Origin: a virus
Taxonomy: Duplodnaviria > Caudoviricetes
Length of the DNA: 64,000 nucleotides
Direction: 5' to 3' (one strand)
IMG/VR virus record: IMGVR_UViG_3300017914_001603
Span: 1,731-65,730 of that record
Shown here piece after piece: positions 55,105 through 63,395 of this stretch. The position numbers and the translations under genes were made by a program. Every line of letters begins with the position of its first letter. The first letter of the stretch is position 1. The notes under the pieces are model-generated. The model had not been told where the DNA came from, searched no databases, and was given only the letters and a program-made list of their open reading frames with translations.

Positions 55105-55800
55105 ATGTCTTTGCCATCATTAAATGATAAACCTGAATACATTTTGACAGTACCATCGAGCGGGAAGAAAGTCTCTTATAGACCATATCTCGTAAAAGAA
55201 GAAAAGATCCTGCTGATGGCAGCAGAATCTAAAGATGAGAATGAGATCATTCGAGCGATTGAAAATACTGTTTCGGCATGTGTTGACGATTCGATTGATG
55301 TATCCCGTCTTTGCACATTTGATCTAGAATATATGTTCCTTCAATTAAGATCGAAATCTACTGGAGAGAACGCCGATATCTTAATGAAGTGTAGCGAATG
55401 CGGTGAGAAAAATGAAGTTGTTGTTCCGTTGAACGATATACAATGCTCGGCGACAAGCGAGAGTAATATCATCGAACTAACAAAGGAAATCTCATTAGAA
55501 ATGAAGTATCCGAGTTATAATGACATGAACCTTTCTACCGATAACAAAGATGAATTTGGTTTTCAAATTATTGCTCGATGTATTGAAGCAGTGTTGACGG
55601 AAGAAGAAAGAATTGTAATCGGCGAAGAAACAACCGAGGATGTTACAGCATTTATCGAATCAATGACTCAAGAGCAGTTTAAAAAGGTTGTTGATTTTGT
55701 TCAGAATATGCCGTCTCTTACATATGACATGAAGTTTATTTGTCAGAGTTGCGGTGAGAAAAATGAGACAGAGATAAAGGGGATCCAAAGTTTTTTTTAG
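55105..55800 (+). CDS. gp26: Baseplate hub assembly chaperone
   Basis: PEYILTVPSSGKKVSYRPYLVKEEKILLMA, FDLEYMFLQLRSKSTGE, CSECGEKN, MKYPS, FICQSCG, GIQSFF. Confidence 0.92.
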   Translation: MSLPSLNDKPEYILTVPSSGKKVSYRPYLVKEEKILLMAAESKDENEIIRAIENTVSACVDDSIDVSRLCTFDLEYMFLQLRSKSTGENADILMKCSECGEKNEVVVPLNDIQCSATSESNIIELTKEISLEMKYPSYNDMNLSTDNKDEFGFQIIARCIEAVLTEEERIVIGEETTEDVTAFIESMTQEQFKKVVDFVQNMPSLTYDMKFICQSCGEKNETEIKGIQSFF

Positions 55801-55979
55801 TGTGCCTCTCACATGATGATTTGTCTAATCATTTTAAAACAAACTTCATGTTGATGCGACACCATAAATACTCTTTGACCGAATTAGAAATGATGCTGCC
55901 GTGGGAGCGCGATGTACACATCATCTTACTCTTGCAAGCACTAGAAGAAGAAAAAAGAAAAAGAGAGCAGGAACAGTAA
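55800..55979 (+). CDS. gp51: Baseplate hub assembly catalyst (in the -1 frame of gp26)
   Basis: Own translation (V/M)CLSHDDLSNHFKTNFMLMRHHKYSLTELEMMLPWERDVHIILLLQALEEEKRKREQEQ; the NF.LM.HHKYSL.E.E.M.PWER motif is diagnostic. Confidence 0.9.
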   Translation: MCLSHDDLSNHFKTNFMLMRHHKYSLTELEMMLPWERDVHIILLLQALEEEKRKREQEQ

Positions 55980-57314
55980 ATGTTAGCAGAACTCGCAGAA
56001 AGACTAGAAGAATCGAATAAAGAGAACAGTCTTCAAATCATTAGATCTTTTAATGATGTAGGGGAAGTCTTGCTTGAAGAACAGATGCGAACAACTGATG
56101 TTATCGAACAAGGCAATGTGAGTTCAGATGCTACTGCAACAAATGTTCTTGATTTCACAAGAAATATGGAAGAAACCTCTGAGGAAGGTGACGAAGATAT
56201 TGGATCGAATGTTCTCGATTTAGCAAGAGAAATGATGCAAGAAAACTCTGAGGAATTTGTAGGACCACCGCGCCCAAGCGAGGATCCTGTCGTTTTAGCA
56301 GTAAACCGAGTAACAGAAGCAATTATGTCCTTGCGCGAAGTCTTCGTTGGAATGGCGGAAGCACAGGCAAGAGACGCCTTGCAAGATAACGAAAATGCTA
56401 GGGAAGAAGATGACGATGGGGGTGAAGAGTCTGGTGGTATGCTCAGAGATTCTTTCAGCGCCGGTAAGAAAGATCCATTCGGCATTAAAAAGAAATTTAT
56501 GAGTATTAAAGGGTCAATCATGAGAAGGGTTGCCGGTTTGATGAAAATCGCTGGCAGCATTTCGGGATTGTTTGGCGGATTATTCAAGGTAGTTACTGGT
56601 GTGTTCGGAAGAATTTTTGGTATCGTAACTGGAATCGTAATGGGGATTGACCAAGCGATCAAAAATATCATGAATATGGAAGGTGATTTGCTCGATAAAG
56701 TTTATGCTGGTATTTTCGGGTTTATCGAAGGATTCTCAAAGATTATCACTGTACCGCTAGACTGGTTGAAGACTGCCGTTGCTTGGGTCGCCGAGGCATT
56801 AGGATTCGAAGATTTCGCCAATATGCTTAACTCGTTTTCAATTGCCGAAGAATTCGGAAAACTTATGGACAAGATGCTAGGGTTCGTCCTTGGAGTGAAA
56901 GACTTTGTCATAAGCAAAGGTGGCGGTCTTATCTCTAGTGGATTGCGTATGTTGGGGTTTGACGAATCTGCGGAAAGTGTCGATAACTTTGTTGCCGAAA
57001 GCACCGAGACTTCTGCTGAAGACCGTGTCGCTAATATGAGAGCAAAAGATGACGGTAAATTTGGATCTGGATATAAAGCAGCAGGAAACGCAGCCGCAGA
57101 AGCCATAGAAAAATCAAGATCTTCATCTGCGATGACAGACGAATTAGTCAATCAGACCACACCACTCGGAAGTGGTCCACCGCAGGTGATCAACAACTAC
57201 ACCAGCGCACCAACCAGTGTTAACACTCAGAACAATATCGATCAGTCTGGTTCTCAGAATGTTTCTCCACCGGTCGCGGCAAACTCTTCTCAGTCTGACG
57301 CTTGGGCGATGTAA
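55980..57314 (+). CDS. Tape-measure-like protein (gp29 equivalent)
   Basis: Follows gp26/gp51; helical, with a Gly-rich amphipathic block ISGLFGGLFKVVTGVFGRIFG and an N/S/T-rich tail. Confidence 0.6.
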   Translation: MLAELAERLEESNKENSLQIIRSFNDVGEVLLEEQMRTTDVIEQGNVSSDATATNVLDFTRNMEETSEEGDEDIGSNVLDLAREMMQENSEEFVGPPRPSEDPVVLAVNRVTEAIMSLREVFVGMAEAQARDALQDNENAREEDDDGGEESGGMLRDSFSAGKKDPFGIKKKFMSIKGSIMRRVAGLMKIAGSISGLFGGLFKVVTGVFGRIFGIVTGIVMGIDQAIKNIMNMEGDLLDKVYAGIFGFIEGFSKIITVPLDWLKTAVAWVAEALGFEDFANMLNSFSIAEEFGKLMDKMLGFVLGVKDFVISKGGGLISSGLRMLGFDESAESVDNFVAESTETSAEDRVANMRAKDDGKFGSGYKAAGNAAAEAIEKSRSSSAMTDELVNQTTPLGSGPPQVINNYTSAPTSVNTQNNIDQSGSQNVSPPVAANSSQSDAWAM

Positions 57315-57338
57315 AAAAAGGGGACCGAAGTCCCCTTT
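57314..57338. terminator. Terminator at the convergent junction
   Basis: GGGGAC-TTCG-GTCCCC plus T6 on the minus strand (after gp32); TTT on the plus side. Confidence 0.88.
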
Positions 57339-57356
57339 CACTGGCAGTGTTGAATA

Positions 57357-58289
57357 TTAATCCTCTGCCGCGAGTTTCGCGAAATAGGACATAGCATCCT
57401 CATCATCATCCATAGAAGAAGATGCCATCGATGCCGGTGCAACAGATGGTGCTGGTTCTGCAGCAGCAACTTCTCGCATTGGAGCAGGTGTGCTTGTCTC
57501 TTCAAGAGTAACCTGCTGGCGTGTAGACACAGGCGCAGGTGCCTCGCCAAGAACCATAGCGAGTCGTGCTGCCAACTCATCATATGACTTGTAGTTGGCG
57601 GGATCGATAAATTCGAACAAGTCATATTGTGACTCATAGATCTGCTCGAGTTCATCGTCATCACCATTGCGTAGTGGAGCAGGTGAAGCGAACTCAGACT
57701 TATCGTAGTTACGATATCCCTCGACGTTACGGATCTTCAACTTGAACGACGCGCCTTCCCAGAAGTCGAATGGATTGATTGGATCCTCGTCTGCAAACTG
57801 AGGTTGCATAACATCCATGATCTTATCAAAGATCTTCTTACCGAATGTGTAGAGGAACACTTTACCTTCGTTGGCAGGATTCGCTGGATCAGACTCAACC
57901 AAGACATTGGCGACATACTTCAGACGTCGCTTCTGATTTCGTGCTGTTTCCTTATCTGCCTCGACACCAGAGTTCCACAGACGCGAGTTCAACTCACCGA
58001 GTGGATCTTGTTGACCGATTGAGGTCAGAGACTTCTCGATGTACCATTGACCAGTTGGACCCTTGAATCCGTGATCCCAGTAACGTACCCATGGAAGTTC
58101 GTTGCCTTCAGTTGCAGGAAGAAAGCGAAGAACAGCATAACCATTACCCGCCTTATCGACAGTTGGTTTCCACTGACGTTCGTCGGCGTATGAGTTTTTC
58201 TCTTTCGGGGCGTTTCCCGATGCGGCATCTGCTGCTGAAATTAGATTTGAAATTGAATTGCGATTACGCTTGAGATTTGCGAATGACAT
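57357..58289 (-). CDS. gp32: Single-stranded DNA-binding protein
   Basis: DERQWKPTVDKAGNGYAVLRFLP, LPWVRYWDHGFKGPTGQWYIEKSLT, GKKIFDKI, PFDFWEGASFKLK, RNYDKSEF, acidic tail SYFAKLAAED. Confidence 0.97.
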   Translation of the reverse strand: MSFANLKRNRNSISNLISAADAASGNAPKEKNSYADERQWKPTVDKAGNGYAVLRFLPATEGNELPWVRYWDHGFKGPTGQWYIEKSLTSIGQQDPLGELNSRLWNSGVEADKETARNQKRRLKYVANVLVESDPANPANEGKVFLYTFGKKIFDKIMDVMQPQFADEDPINPFDFWEGASFKLKIRNVEGYRNYDKSEFASPAPLRNGDDDELEQIYESQYDLFEFIDPANYKSYDELAARLAMVLGEAPAPVSTRQQVTLEETSTPAPMREVAAAEPAPSVAPASMASSSMDDDEDAMSYFAKLAAED

Positions 58290-58379
58290 AGTATTTTCCT
58301 TGTATTAACGATGTATAGTTTTGTGTAAAAATTTTATCCACGATATGCATAATATACAAGAGTATATATTACTCTTTTT

Positions 58380-58625
58380 CTAACCCAATGGCAACTCTGC
58401 TGTGCCACCACCAGCAAGATAATTTAACCTGATAGCATCTGCTTCAAGTTTATCTTTGATCACTGGAGAAATGTACTTCTTGGTATCCTCCGGATCGATA
58501 TTATATTTTTCACAAAGGTAGATTATAGCGTCCATGTAAGATAGGGATAGATCTCGAACTGCTTCTTCAACCATCATACCGAACTTTTTCTTGGTCATCA
58601 TTAGTTCTTCGATTTCTTCACTCAC
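58380..58625 (-). CDS. gp33: Late-transcription co-activator
   Basis: KKKFGMMVEEAV...SYMDAIIYLCEKYNIDPE..KKYISPVIKDKLEADAIRLNYL; adjacent to gp32. Confidence 0.9.
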   Translation of the reverse strand: MSEEIEELMMTKKKFGMMVEEAVRDLSLSYMDAIIYLCEKYNIDPEDTKKYISPVIKDKLEADAIRLNYLAGGGTAELPLG

Positions 58626-59409
58626 TATCTTCTACTCCTTGACTTCTAAACTTCTTATTCGCTCTGATCATTGATTCAAGGAAATCGGTGTCTGTAGTTC
58701 TACAAGACATCTGAAGCAACGCCATAGTATCTTTGGGGAGACAGTGCCCGCCGAACCCGAACCTGCCGTCTGGACCTGGAACCTGAGAATGACTTGTCCC
58801 GATGCGCGGATCAATACCAATCGCATCCACCATCACATCGAAGTCTTTATATCCAAGGGCAGTGTATATCTGATACATTTGATTCCAGAAAGTAACCTTT
58901 GTTGCAAGGAATGTGTTTTCGACATACTTTGCGAACGCTGCTTGATCACGAGAGCAGAACTTAACTTCCTCCAAATTTGGGAGCAATGGTTTGAACAACT
59001 CATGCCAAAACCTCATCGCTCCGCCACCGTAGATAGCAAAGGTTTGGTTGGCGAACTCTTCATATGGATCTCGGTTGGCATTTGAACTCGCAAGGAACTC
59101 TGGCGATACTGTGATCTCGAGGTCATCATAATCCTCGAGGAATGTAGGTATCACTGCACTTTTGATAAGATATTTGGTGTTGCCATACTTTTCAAAAACG
59201 TCCGCAACATTAGAAGTGTCGCTCTCTCCATTAGGGAGTGCGGGTGTTGCAACGCAGACGATGACACCATCGACATCTTTCGCCAGTTCTGCAGGAAACT
59301 CCTTTCCCTTGTATGGATCGTCGACATAAACATCAACACCCTTGTGGTGCCACAAAACACCTTCAACCGATTTACCGACCGGACCATATCCAGCAATCAC
59401 AATTTTCAT
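58618..59409 (-). CDS. UDP-glucose/GDP-mannose dehydrogenase family protein (short form)
   Basis: IAGYGPVG, SPEFL, AKYVENTFLATKVTFWN, DPRIG, GFGGHCLPKD; ends before the usual C-terminal UDP-binding domain. Confidence 0.88.
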   Translation of the reverse strand: MKIVIAGYGPVGKSVEGVLWHHKGVDVYVDDPYKGKEFPAELAKDVDGVIVCVATPALPNGESDTSNVADVFEKYGNTKYLIKSAVIPTFLEDYDDLEITVSPEFLASSNANRDPYEEFANQTFAIYGGGAMRFWHELFKPLLPNLEEVKFCSRDQAAFAKYVENTFLATKVTFWNQMYQIYTALGYKDFDVMVDAIGIDPRIGTSHSQVPGPDGRFGFGGHCLPKDTMALLQMSCRTTDTDFLESMIRANKKFRSQGVEDSE

Positions 59410-59606
59410 TAATCAAGACTCCCGTCTTCTTTCATACCACACCAATTACATGCTTCGCCTTTAGCAATACTAATCGCTCCATCATGCTTGCAATTGTGAT
59501 CCCACATATCTGGTTTGTTCTTTATTTTAAAGATTCGATCCCAGTTGTCTTCGAAAACCTTTCGTTCAACATCCATCGGTCTTGGTTTATCACCCTTTCC
59601 GTTCAT
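59409..59606 (-). CDS. Small hypothetical protein
   Basis: GKGDKPRP...FEDNWDRIF motif; C-terminal CNWC; overlaps both neighbours. Confidence 0.7.
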   Translation of the reverse strand: MNGKGDKPRPMDVERKVFEDNWDRIFKIKNKPDMWDHNCKHDGAISIAKGEACNWCGMKEDGSLD

Positions 59607-60153
59607 ATTCCCTCCACCATTCAGGCACTTCTCTTTTTGTCCACTTAGCGAACTCTCTCTTGTCCGCCCAATAAAAATTTCTGTAAGAAGTAATTGAATC
59701 TTCTTCTACAATACACTCCGGATACTGCGACATTGCAGGAGTCGGTTCGGTAAATCCAGCATCTTTAATATTCAGCGGAGGACAAAGCAACAGTAATTCT
59801 AATTTCCGAAAAGACTCATGAACCCTACCGTATCGATGTTCGTATTCATGCGCCAACGCGCACCACATCTCATACAACCACCGATAGTTATCAGAACTAG
59901 TTCTGGTCCAAATAGTGGAAGGGTGATTGACGTGACATGCTTTGTATACAACTTCGTTCATCTCTGGTTCGGGCAAGAAATACTTTTTGACTCTTCTACC
60001 AGTTACAGAACGACCTTCCCATTCTTTACCGTCTAGGATTCGATGAGCGGTTGATAATAATTGGGCATACTCGACACACATTTTAACGACATGTTTGTCG
60101 CAGTGCTGTCGAGCGCATTCTTCTGGATCAGGGTGCACATAAAAAATATTCAT
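59590..60153 (-). CDS. Pyrimidine-dimer DNA glycosylase/endonuclease V-like protein
   Basis: MNIFYV..DPEECARQHCDKHVVKM..EYAQLLSTAHR, YKACHVNHPSTIW, EYEHRYGRVH, YRNFY..DKREFAKW. Confidence 0.82.
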   Translation of the reverse strand: MNIFYVHPDPEECARQHCDKHVVKMCVEYAQLLSTAHRILDGKEWEGRSVTGRRVKKYFLPEPEMNEVVYKACHVNHPSTIWTRTSSDNYRWLYEMWCALAHEYEHRYGRVHESFRKLELLLLCPPLNIKDAGFTEPTPAMSQYPECIVEEDSITSYRNFYWADKREFAKWTKREVPEWWREYERKG

Positions 60154-60165
60154 AAAGAGATTCTA

Positions 60166-60312
60166 CTAATCTTGTAAGAATGATTCAAGTCGTTTTTCGC
60201 CTTCTCGGTCGATGTAAGTCATGACATCATAAAGAGTTTTCACCAACCGATAAAGAACATCCCAAACGATCGCGATTGGCGCGACCAAGATCAACTTGAA
60301 GATTTTTTTCAT
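60166..60312 (-). CDS. Small membrane-anchored protein (48 aa)
   Basis: Own translation MKKIFKLILVAPIAIVWDVLYRLVKTLYDVMTYIDREGEKRLESFLQD; SD AGGAG. Confidence 0.65.
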   Translation of the reverse strand: MKKIFKLILVAPIAIVWDVLYRLVKTLYDVMTYIDREGEKRLESFLQD

Positions 60313-60324
60313 TATACTTCTCCT

Positions 60325-60522
60325 TTAATCGAGAACTATTTCTTCCCTTTTCTTTTTTGCGGGTTGGCGTAGACCAAGGTAGGTTTCGAGAATCTCGATC
60401 TCCTTGTCCTTTCGCTTCTGCCACTGCGCTTCAGTGCGCGTACCTTTCTCAAAGAACACTGAGTTCTTCAATCGCTCAAGTGCACCTTCACGGCGACGTT
60501 TGACTTCTGCTTTACCTCTCAT
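60325..60522 (-). CDS. Small basic hypothetical protein
   Basis: 65 aa; SD GAGG; directly downstream of a late promoter. Confidence 0.7.
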   Translation of the reverse strand: MRGKAEVKRRREGALERLKNSVFFEKGTRTEAQWQKRKDKEIEILETYLGLRQPAKKKREEIVLD

Positions 60523-60550
60523 AACAAATCCTCTGTCAATGTTTTAGGAA

Positions 60551-60558
60551 TATTTATA
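60551..60558 (-). promoter_or_regulatory. T4-type late promoter abutting the tRNA 3' end
   Basis: ...GCCA-TATAAATA on the minus strand. Confidence 0.7.
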
Positions 60559-60635
60559 TGGCCTCCCGAGTAGGACTCGAACCTACAACCCTCTGCTTAG
60601 AAGGCAGATGCACTATCCTGTTGTGCTATCGGGAG
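60559..60635 (-). tRNA. tRNA-Arg(UCU)
   Basis: CTCCCGA/TCGGGAG acceptor stem, anticodon arm TCTGC-CT-TCT-AA-GCAGA, T-loop GGTTCGAGTCC, encoded CCA; 77 nt. Confidence 0.97.
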
Positions 60636-61101
60636 AAATCTGTTCAAGTTCGATACCGCACTTTTCGAGAAACTCTTTGCCTGAACCTTTACTCGCTTTG
60701 TATTCTTTATTATATGCTACTCGAACGATACCAGATTGATGGATCAACTTAGCACATTCGATACAAGGCATATGGGTAGTGACAAGGGTGGCACCCTCTC
60801 CTGACTCTGTGCTTTTGGCGAGTTTAGTGATCGCGTTCGCCTCAGCATGCAACACTTCTGGTTTGGTATGCCACTCGCCATAAATATCCATATCCTCATC
60901 TGGAACGTCGAAGAAGACACCCTCCTTGGGTTTCCATTCTTCACATTCGTTCTCCCAACCATGGGGCATTCCATTGTAACCGATAGAAACGATTCTTCCG
61001 TTCTTGACGATTACGGCACCAACCTTCGCTTTCAGTGCATAGGAGAGGTGTGAAGTTTCTATGGCAACTTTCATGAAATACTCTTTAAACTTATTTTTCA
61101 T
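60613..61101 (-). CDS. dCMP deaminase
   Basis: KVGAVIVKNGRIVSIGYNGMP, VLHAEANAI, THMPCIECAKLIHQSGI. Confidence 0.95.
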   Translation of the reverse strand: MKNKFKEYFMKVAIETSHLSYALKAKVGAVIVKNGRIVSIGYNGMPHGWENECEEWKPKEGVFFDVPDEDMDIYGEWHTKPEVLHAEANAITKLAKSTESGEGATLVTTHMPCIECAKLIHQSGIVRVAYNKEYKASKGSGKEFLEKCGIELEQISPDSTTG

Positions 61102-61316
61102 CCCTTCTTTATTCCTTCCTCTGTTAGTTCTTTTTGGAGCGCATACAACGTCTGATGCTCATCGTTCAGCGATGAAGAAAGACGATTGATCTTATACCAA
61201 ATTTCACTGGCGTTGGTCCAATCCGGATTGTAAGGGGATTTGATGCCTTCGGGATAATGAGTATAAAACCCCCTTGTCATTCTCTTTAATTCAGCGACAA
61301 TCTCTTCGCGAGTCAT
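61098..61316 (-). CDS. Hypothetical protein
   Basis: 72 aa; ATGA overlaps on both sides. Confidence 0.65.
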   Translation of the reverse strand: MTREEIVAELKRMTRGFYTHYPEGIKSPYNPDWTNASEIWYKINRLSSSLNDEHQTLYALQKELTEEGIKKG

Positions 61317-61486
61317 GACAAAGACTGCTCCTCTCGTATTTCCACGAGGTCGACAATTAATTCTGAAAGCATAGCGACGTCGTGGGGATTGACGGGGACA
61401 GGGTTTATTTGCTGCAAGGTTGAGATCACATCCTGTGCGAACCTCAATGCCTTTATTTTATCTTCGATGTTTTTTACTTCTGCCAC
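61313..61486 (-). CDS. Hypothetical protein (57 aa)
   Basis: Own translation from GTG: MAEVKNIEDKIKALRFAQDVISTLQQINP...; fills the operon gap. Confidence 0.55.
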   Translation of the reverse strand: MAEVKNIEDKIKALRFAQDVISTLQQINPVPVNPHDVAMLSELIVDLVEIREEQSLS

Positions 61487-61489
61487 TTT

Positions 61490-61648
61490 CTACCCTTTCA
61501 AAACTACTTGACCCATTGCGAGTTTGACTTCTGTTTCAGTCAATCCCATCATCTGAAGGTCGCGCTTTGCAACCTCTTCTGACAACTCATTATTGCGGAA
61601 TCTTTCTATAACATCTTGTATCCGCAAATCTTTTTCTAAATCGCTCAT
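61490..61648 (-). CDS. Hypothetical protein (52 aa)
   Basis: Own translation MSDLEKDLRIQDVIERFRNNELSEEVAKRDLQMMGLTETEVKLAMGQVVLKG; SD GGAG. Confidence 0.6.
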   Translation of the reverse strand: MSDLEKDLRIQDVIERFRNNELSEEVAKRDLQMMGLTETEVKLAMGQVVLKG

Positions 61649-61827
61649 ACATAAATCTCCCAAGCATCAACAAATGATTTAATTTTGTTTCTCAGTTCGA
61701 GAGGCATCTGACTGCCGTACTCAATAAGAAGTTCATCTGCACTCATATGGGGCAAACGATTTTCTTCACAAAACTCCTGCCAATATTTAGTCAACCACTC
61801 AACATCGCTTTTTGTTGCTTCGATCAT
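61645..61827 (-). CDS. Hypothetical protein
   Basis: 60 aa; SD GGAGG; overlapping neighbours. Confidence 0.65.
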   Translation of the reverse strand: MIEATKSDVEWLTKYWQEFCEENRLPHMSADELLIEYGSQMPLELRNKIKSFVDAWEIYV

Positions 61828-62111
61828 TATAAACCTCCCATGCCAATGATTTTTTTAAACGCGCCTTCAGACACATACTGAACACGGTTGTCAAACTCAG
61901 AGAAACCCGCCAGTTCGAACGGGACGAAAACCTCTTCTCCGACACGATGACCTTCGGTGTCGAACTTACACTCGACGATGAAACCACAACGACCGATCTC
62001 ATAACCAAGAACTTTACCGATCACGAACATATCGTCGCGACCTTCCATTGGACGGAAGTCCATCGCCTTGATAAACTCACCAACCTTCGCAACACCTTCA
62101 AACTTCAACAT
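61827..62111 (-). CDS. Early hypothetical protein (SH3-like beta pattern)
   Basis: First gene after a sigma70 promoter and the conserved leader. Confidence 0.75.
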   Translation of the reverse strand: MLKFEGVAKVGEFIKAMDFRPMEGRDDMFVIGKVLGYEIGRCGFIVECKFDTEGHRVGEEVFVPFELAGFSEFDNRVQYVSEGAFKKIIGMGGL

Positions 62112-62148
62112 AATAAAGATTCCTTATCAATTTACAAGACCAATTCTA
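62109..62148 (-). repeat. 40-bp -10/leader/RBS repeat, copy 1
   Basis: 39/40 identical to 63287..63326. Confidence 0.95.
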
Positions 62149-62171
62149 TCTCAGGGAAATCGATTCGACAA
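62143..62171 (-). promoter_or_regulatory. Sigma70-type early promoter
   Basis: TTGTCG-N17-TAGAAT with an A/T-rich UP region. Confidence 0.8.
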
Positions 62172-62298
62172 CAACTTTTTGATTGTTTTTATTATAAAAC
62201 TTTCGGAAAAATAATCGGAAAAACCGATGGGGCGCACCACATACCTGTCAGTCGGAATCTTCGAAAGTGCAGCGCCCATCGTAAACAGACCATTGGGT

Positions 62299-62505
62299 CT
62301 AAACTAATTCAAAAAACTCATCGGGTTTCATTTCATTATATAATTGATATGCATCCGCACCAAACCCTTGTAAACTTAATTTTTCGATTAATGCGAGTAT
62401 TTCATCACGCTCTGCTTTACCGCGCTCATAATAGCGATGATCGTCGCTGTAGGTATAATACCAGTCGTGTGTTTCAAGCATTGATTTTAAAGTTTCTAGA
62501 CTCAT
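62299..62505 (-). CDS. Small early hypothetical protein
   Basis: LETHDWYYTYSDDHRYYERG motif seen in phage early proteins. Confidence 0.75.
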   Translation of the reverse strand: MSLETLKSMLETHDWYYTYSDDHRYYERGKAERDEILALIEKLSLQGFGADAYQLYNEMKPDEFFELV

Positions 62506-62765
62506 ACTTCAATCCCATAAGACTTAGCGACCTTGACCAACTCCTCATCGGTCAGAGGCATTAAACGATAAACTGGTATGTCTTCCATACGCAGTTGGTG
62601 AATTAGAAAGGTTCGGTCATCTTTTGTCAACATAATTTTATCTTCCTCATCATTTTCTTTAACCCACTCTTCATACCTTCGGTTGAACTCTTCATCGTCG
62701 ATCAACACCCAAAGGACTCCTACGACTAAAAAAGGTAGGATTACAACCCACTCCGGCGAAAACAT
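62502..62765 (-). CDS. Small membrane-anchored early protein
   Basis: N-terminal hydrophobic segment; overlaps both neighbours. Confidence 0.55.
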   Translation of the reverse strand: MFSPEWVVILPFLVVGVLWVLIDDEEFNRRYEEWVKENDEEDKIMLTKDDRTFLIHQLRMEDIPVYRLMPLTDEELVKVAKSYGIEV

Positions 62766-63289
62766 TACGCAACCTCCATCATTGCTTCAAGTTCTTCGAA
62801 TTGCTCGTCGATGCCATACATCTTCATCTCAGCGTCACGACGCCACTCGACAACGATCGGTTGATCATACTCTTCGACGCGAGAGTTCTGGACACCCATC
62901 GTGTCCTGCTCCCAGTAATGAGTGGCAACAACCTCGTTCTGCATGTTGAGGACGTTTCGCTCGCAGTGCAGAACACCGTGCTCATAGTCCATGAACGTGG
63001 GTGCTTCGTAGAAGTCGACATAGTCCGACTCGACGAAGTCGACAGCATCGACTATCTTGTAGTCAATGATGTACTCACGCTCGTAGTCGTTAGACTTCTG
63101 GATAGAACTCTCTACGATATCCCACCATGTGCTCATGGCGATGTCTTCCGCAGACGCGGAAACAATGTAGGTGGAACCGCCCTTGGGCTTCCAACGCTGA
63201 GGGCACACACCCTCGCCGTCCCAACAATGGGCACCATAGTTCTCGAGATACTGAGTAGAAAAGATAACGCGAATAGAAGAGTTAGACAT
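62765..63289 (-). CDS. Early hypothetical protein
   Basis: TQYLENYGAHCWDGEG.CPQRWKPKGGSTYIV; start ATG 63289 set by the conserved leader. Confidence 0.8.
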   Translation of the reverse strand: MSNSSIRVIFSTQYLENYGAHCWDGEGVCPQRWKPKGGSTYIVSASAEDIAMSTWWDIVESSIQKSNDYEREYIIDYKIVDAVDFVESDYVDFYEAPTFMDYEHGVLHCERNVLNMQNEVVATHYWEQDTMGVQNSRVEEYDQPIVVEWRRDAEMKMYGIDEQFEELEAMMEVA

Positions 63290-63326
63290 AATCAAGATTC
63301 CTTATCAATTTACAAGACCAATTCTA
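63287..63326 (-). repeat. 40-bp -10/leader/RBS repeat, copy 2
   Basis: 39/40 identical to 62109..62148. Confidence 0.95.
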
Positions 63327-63349
63327 CAGCAGATGATTTAAAAAGACAA
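63321..63349 (-). promoter_or_regulatory. Sigma70-type early promoter
   Basis: TTGTCT-N17-TAGAAT with an A/T-rich UP region. Confidence 0.8.
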
Positions 63350-63395
63350 CAAAAAAATACAATCTTTTTTAAACTTTTTTGGAATATGCATATAA

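Noticed and set aside
62502-62765. 87-aa ORF as a fusion of two microgenes (internal ATG MLTKDD with upstream GAGG)
   Set aside because: Plausible, but it cannot be distinguished from a single gene without homologues.
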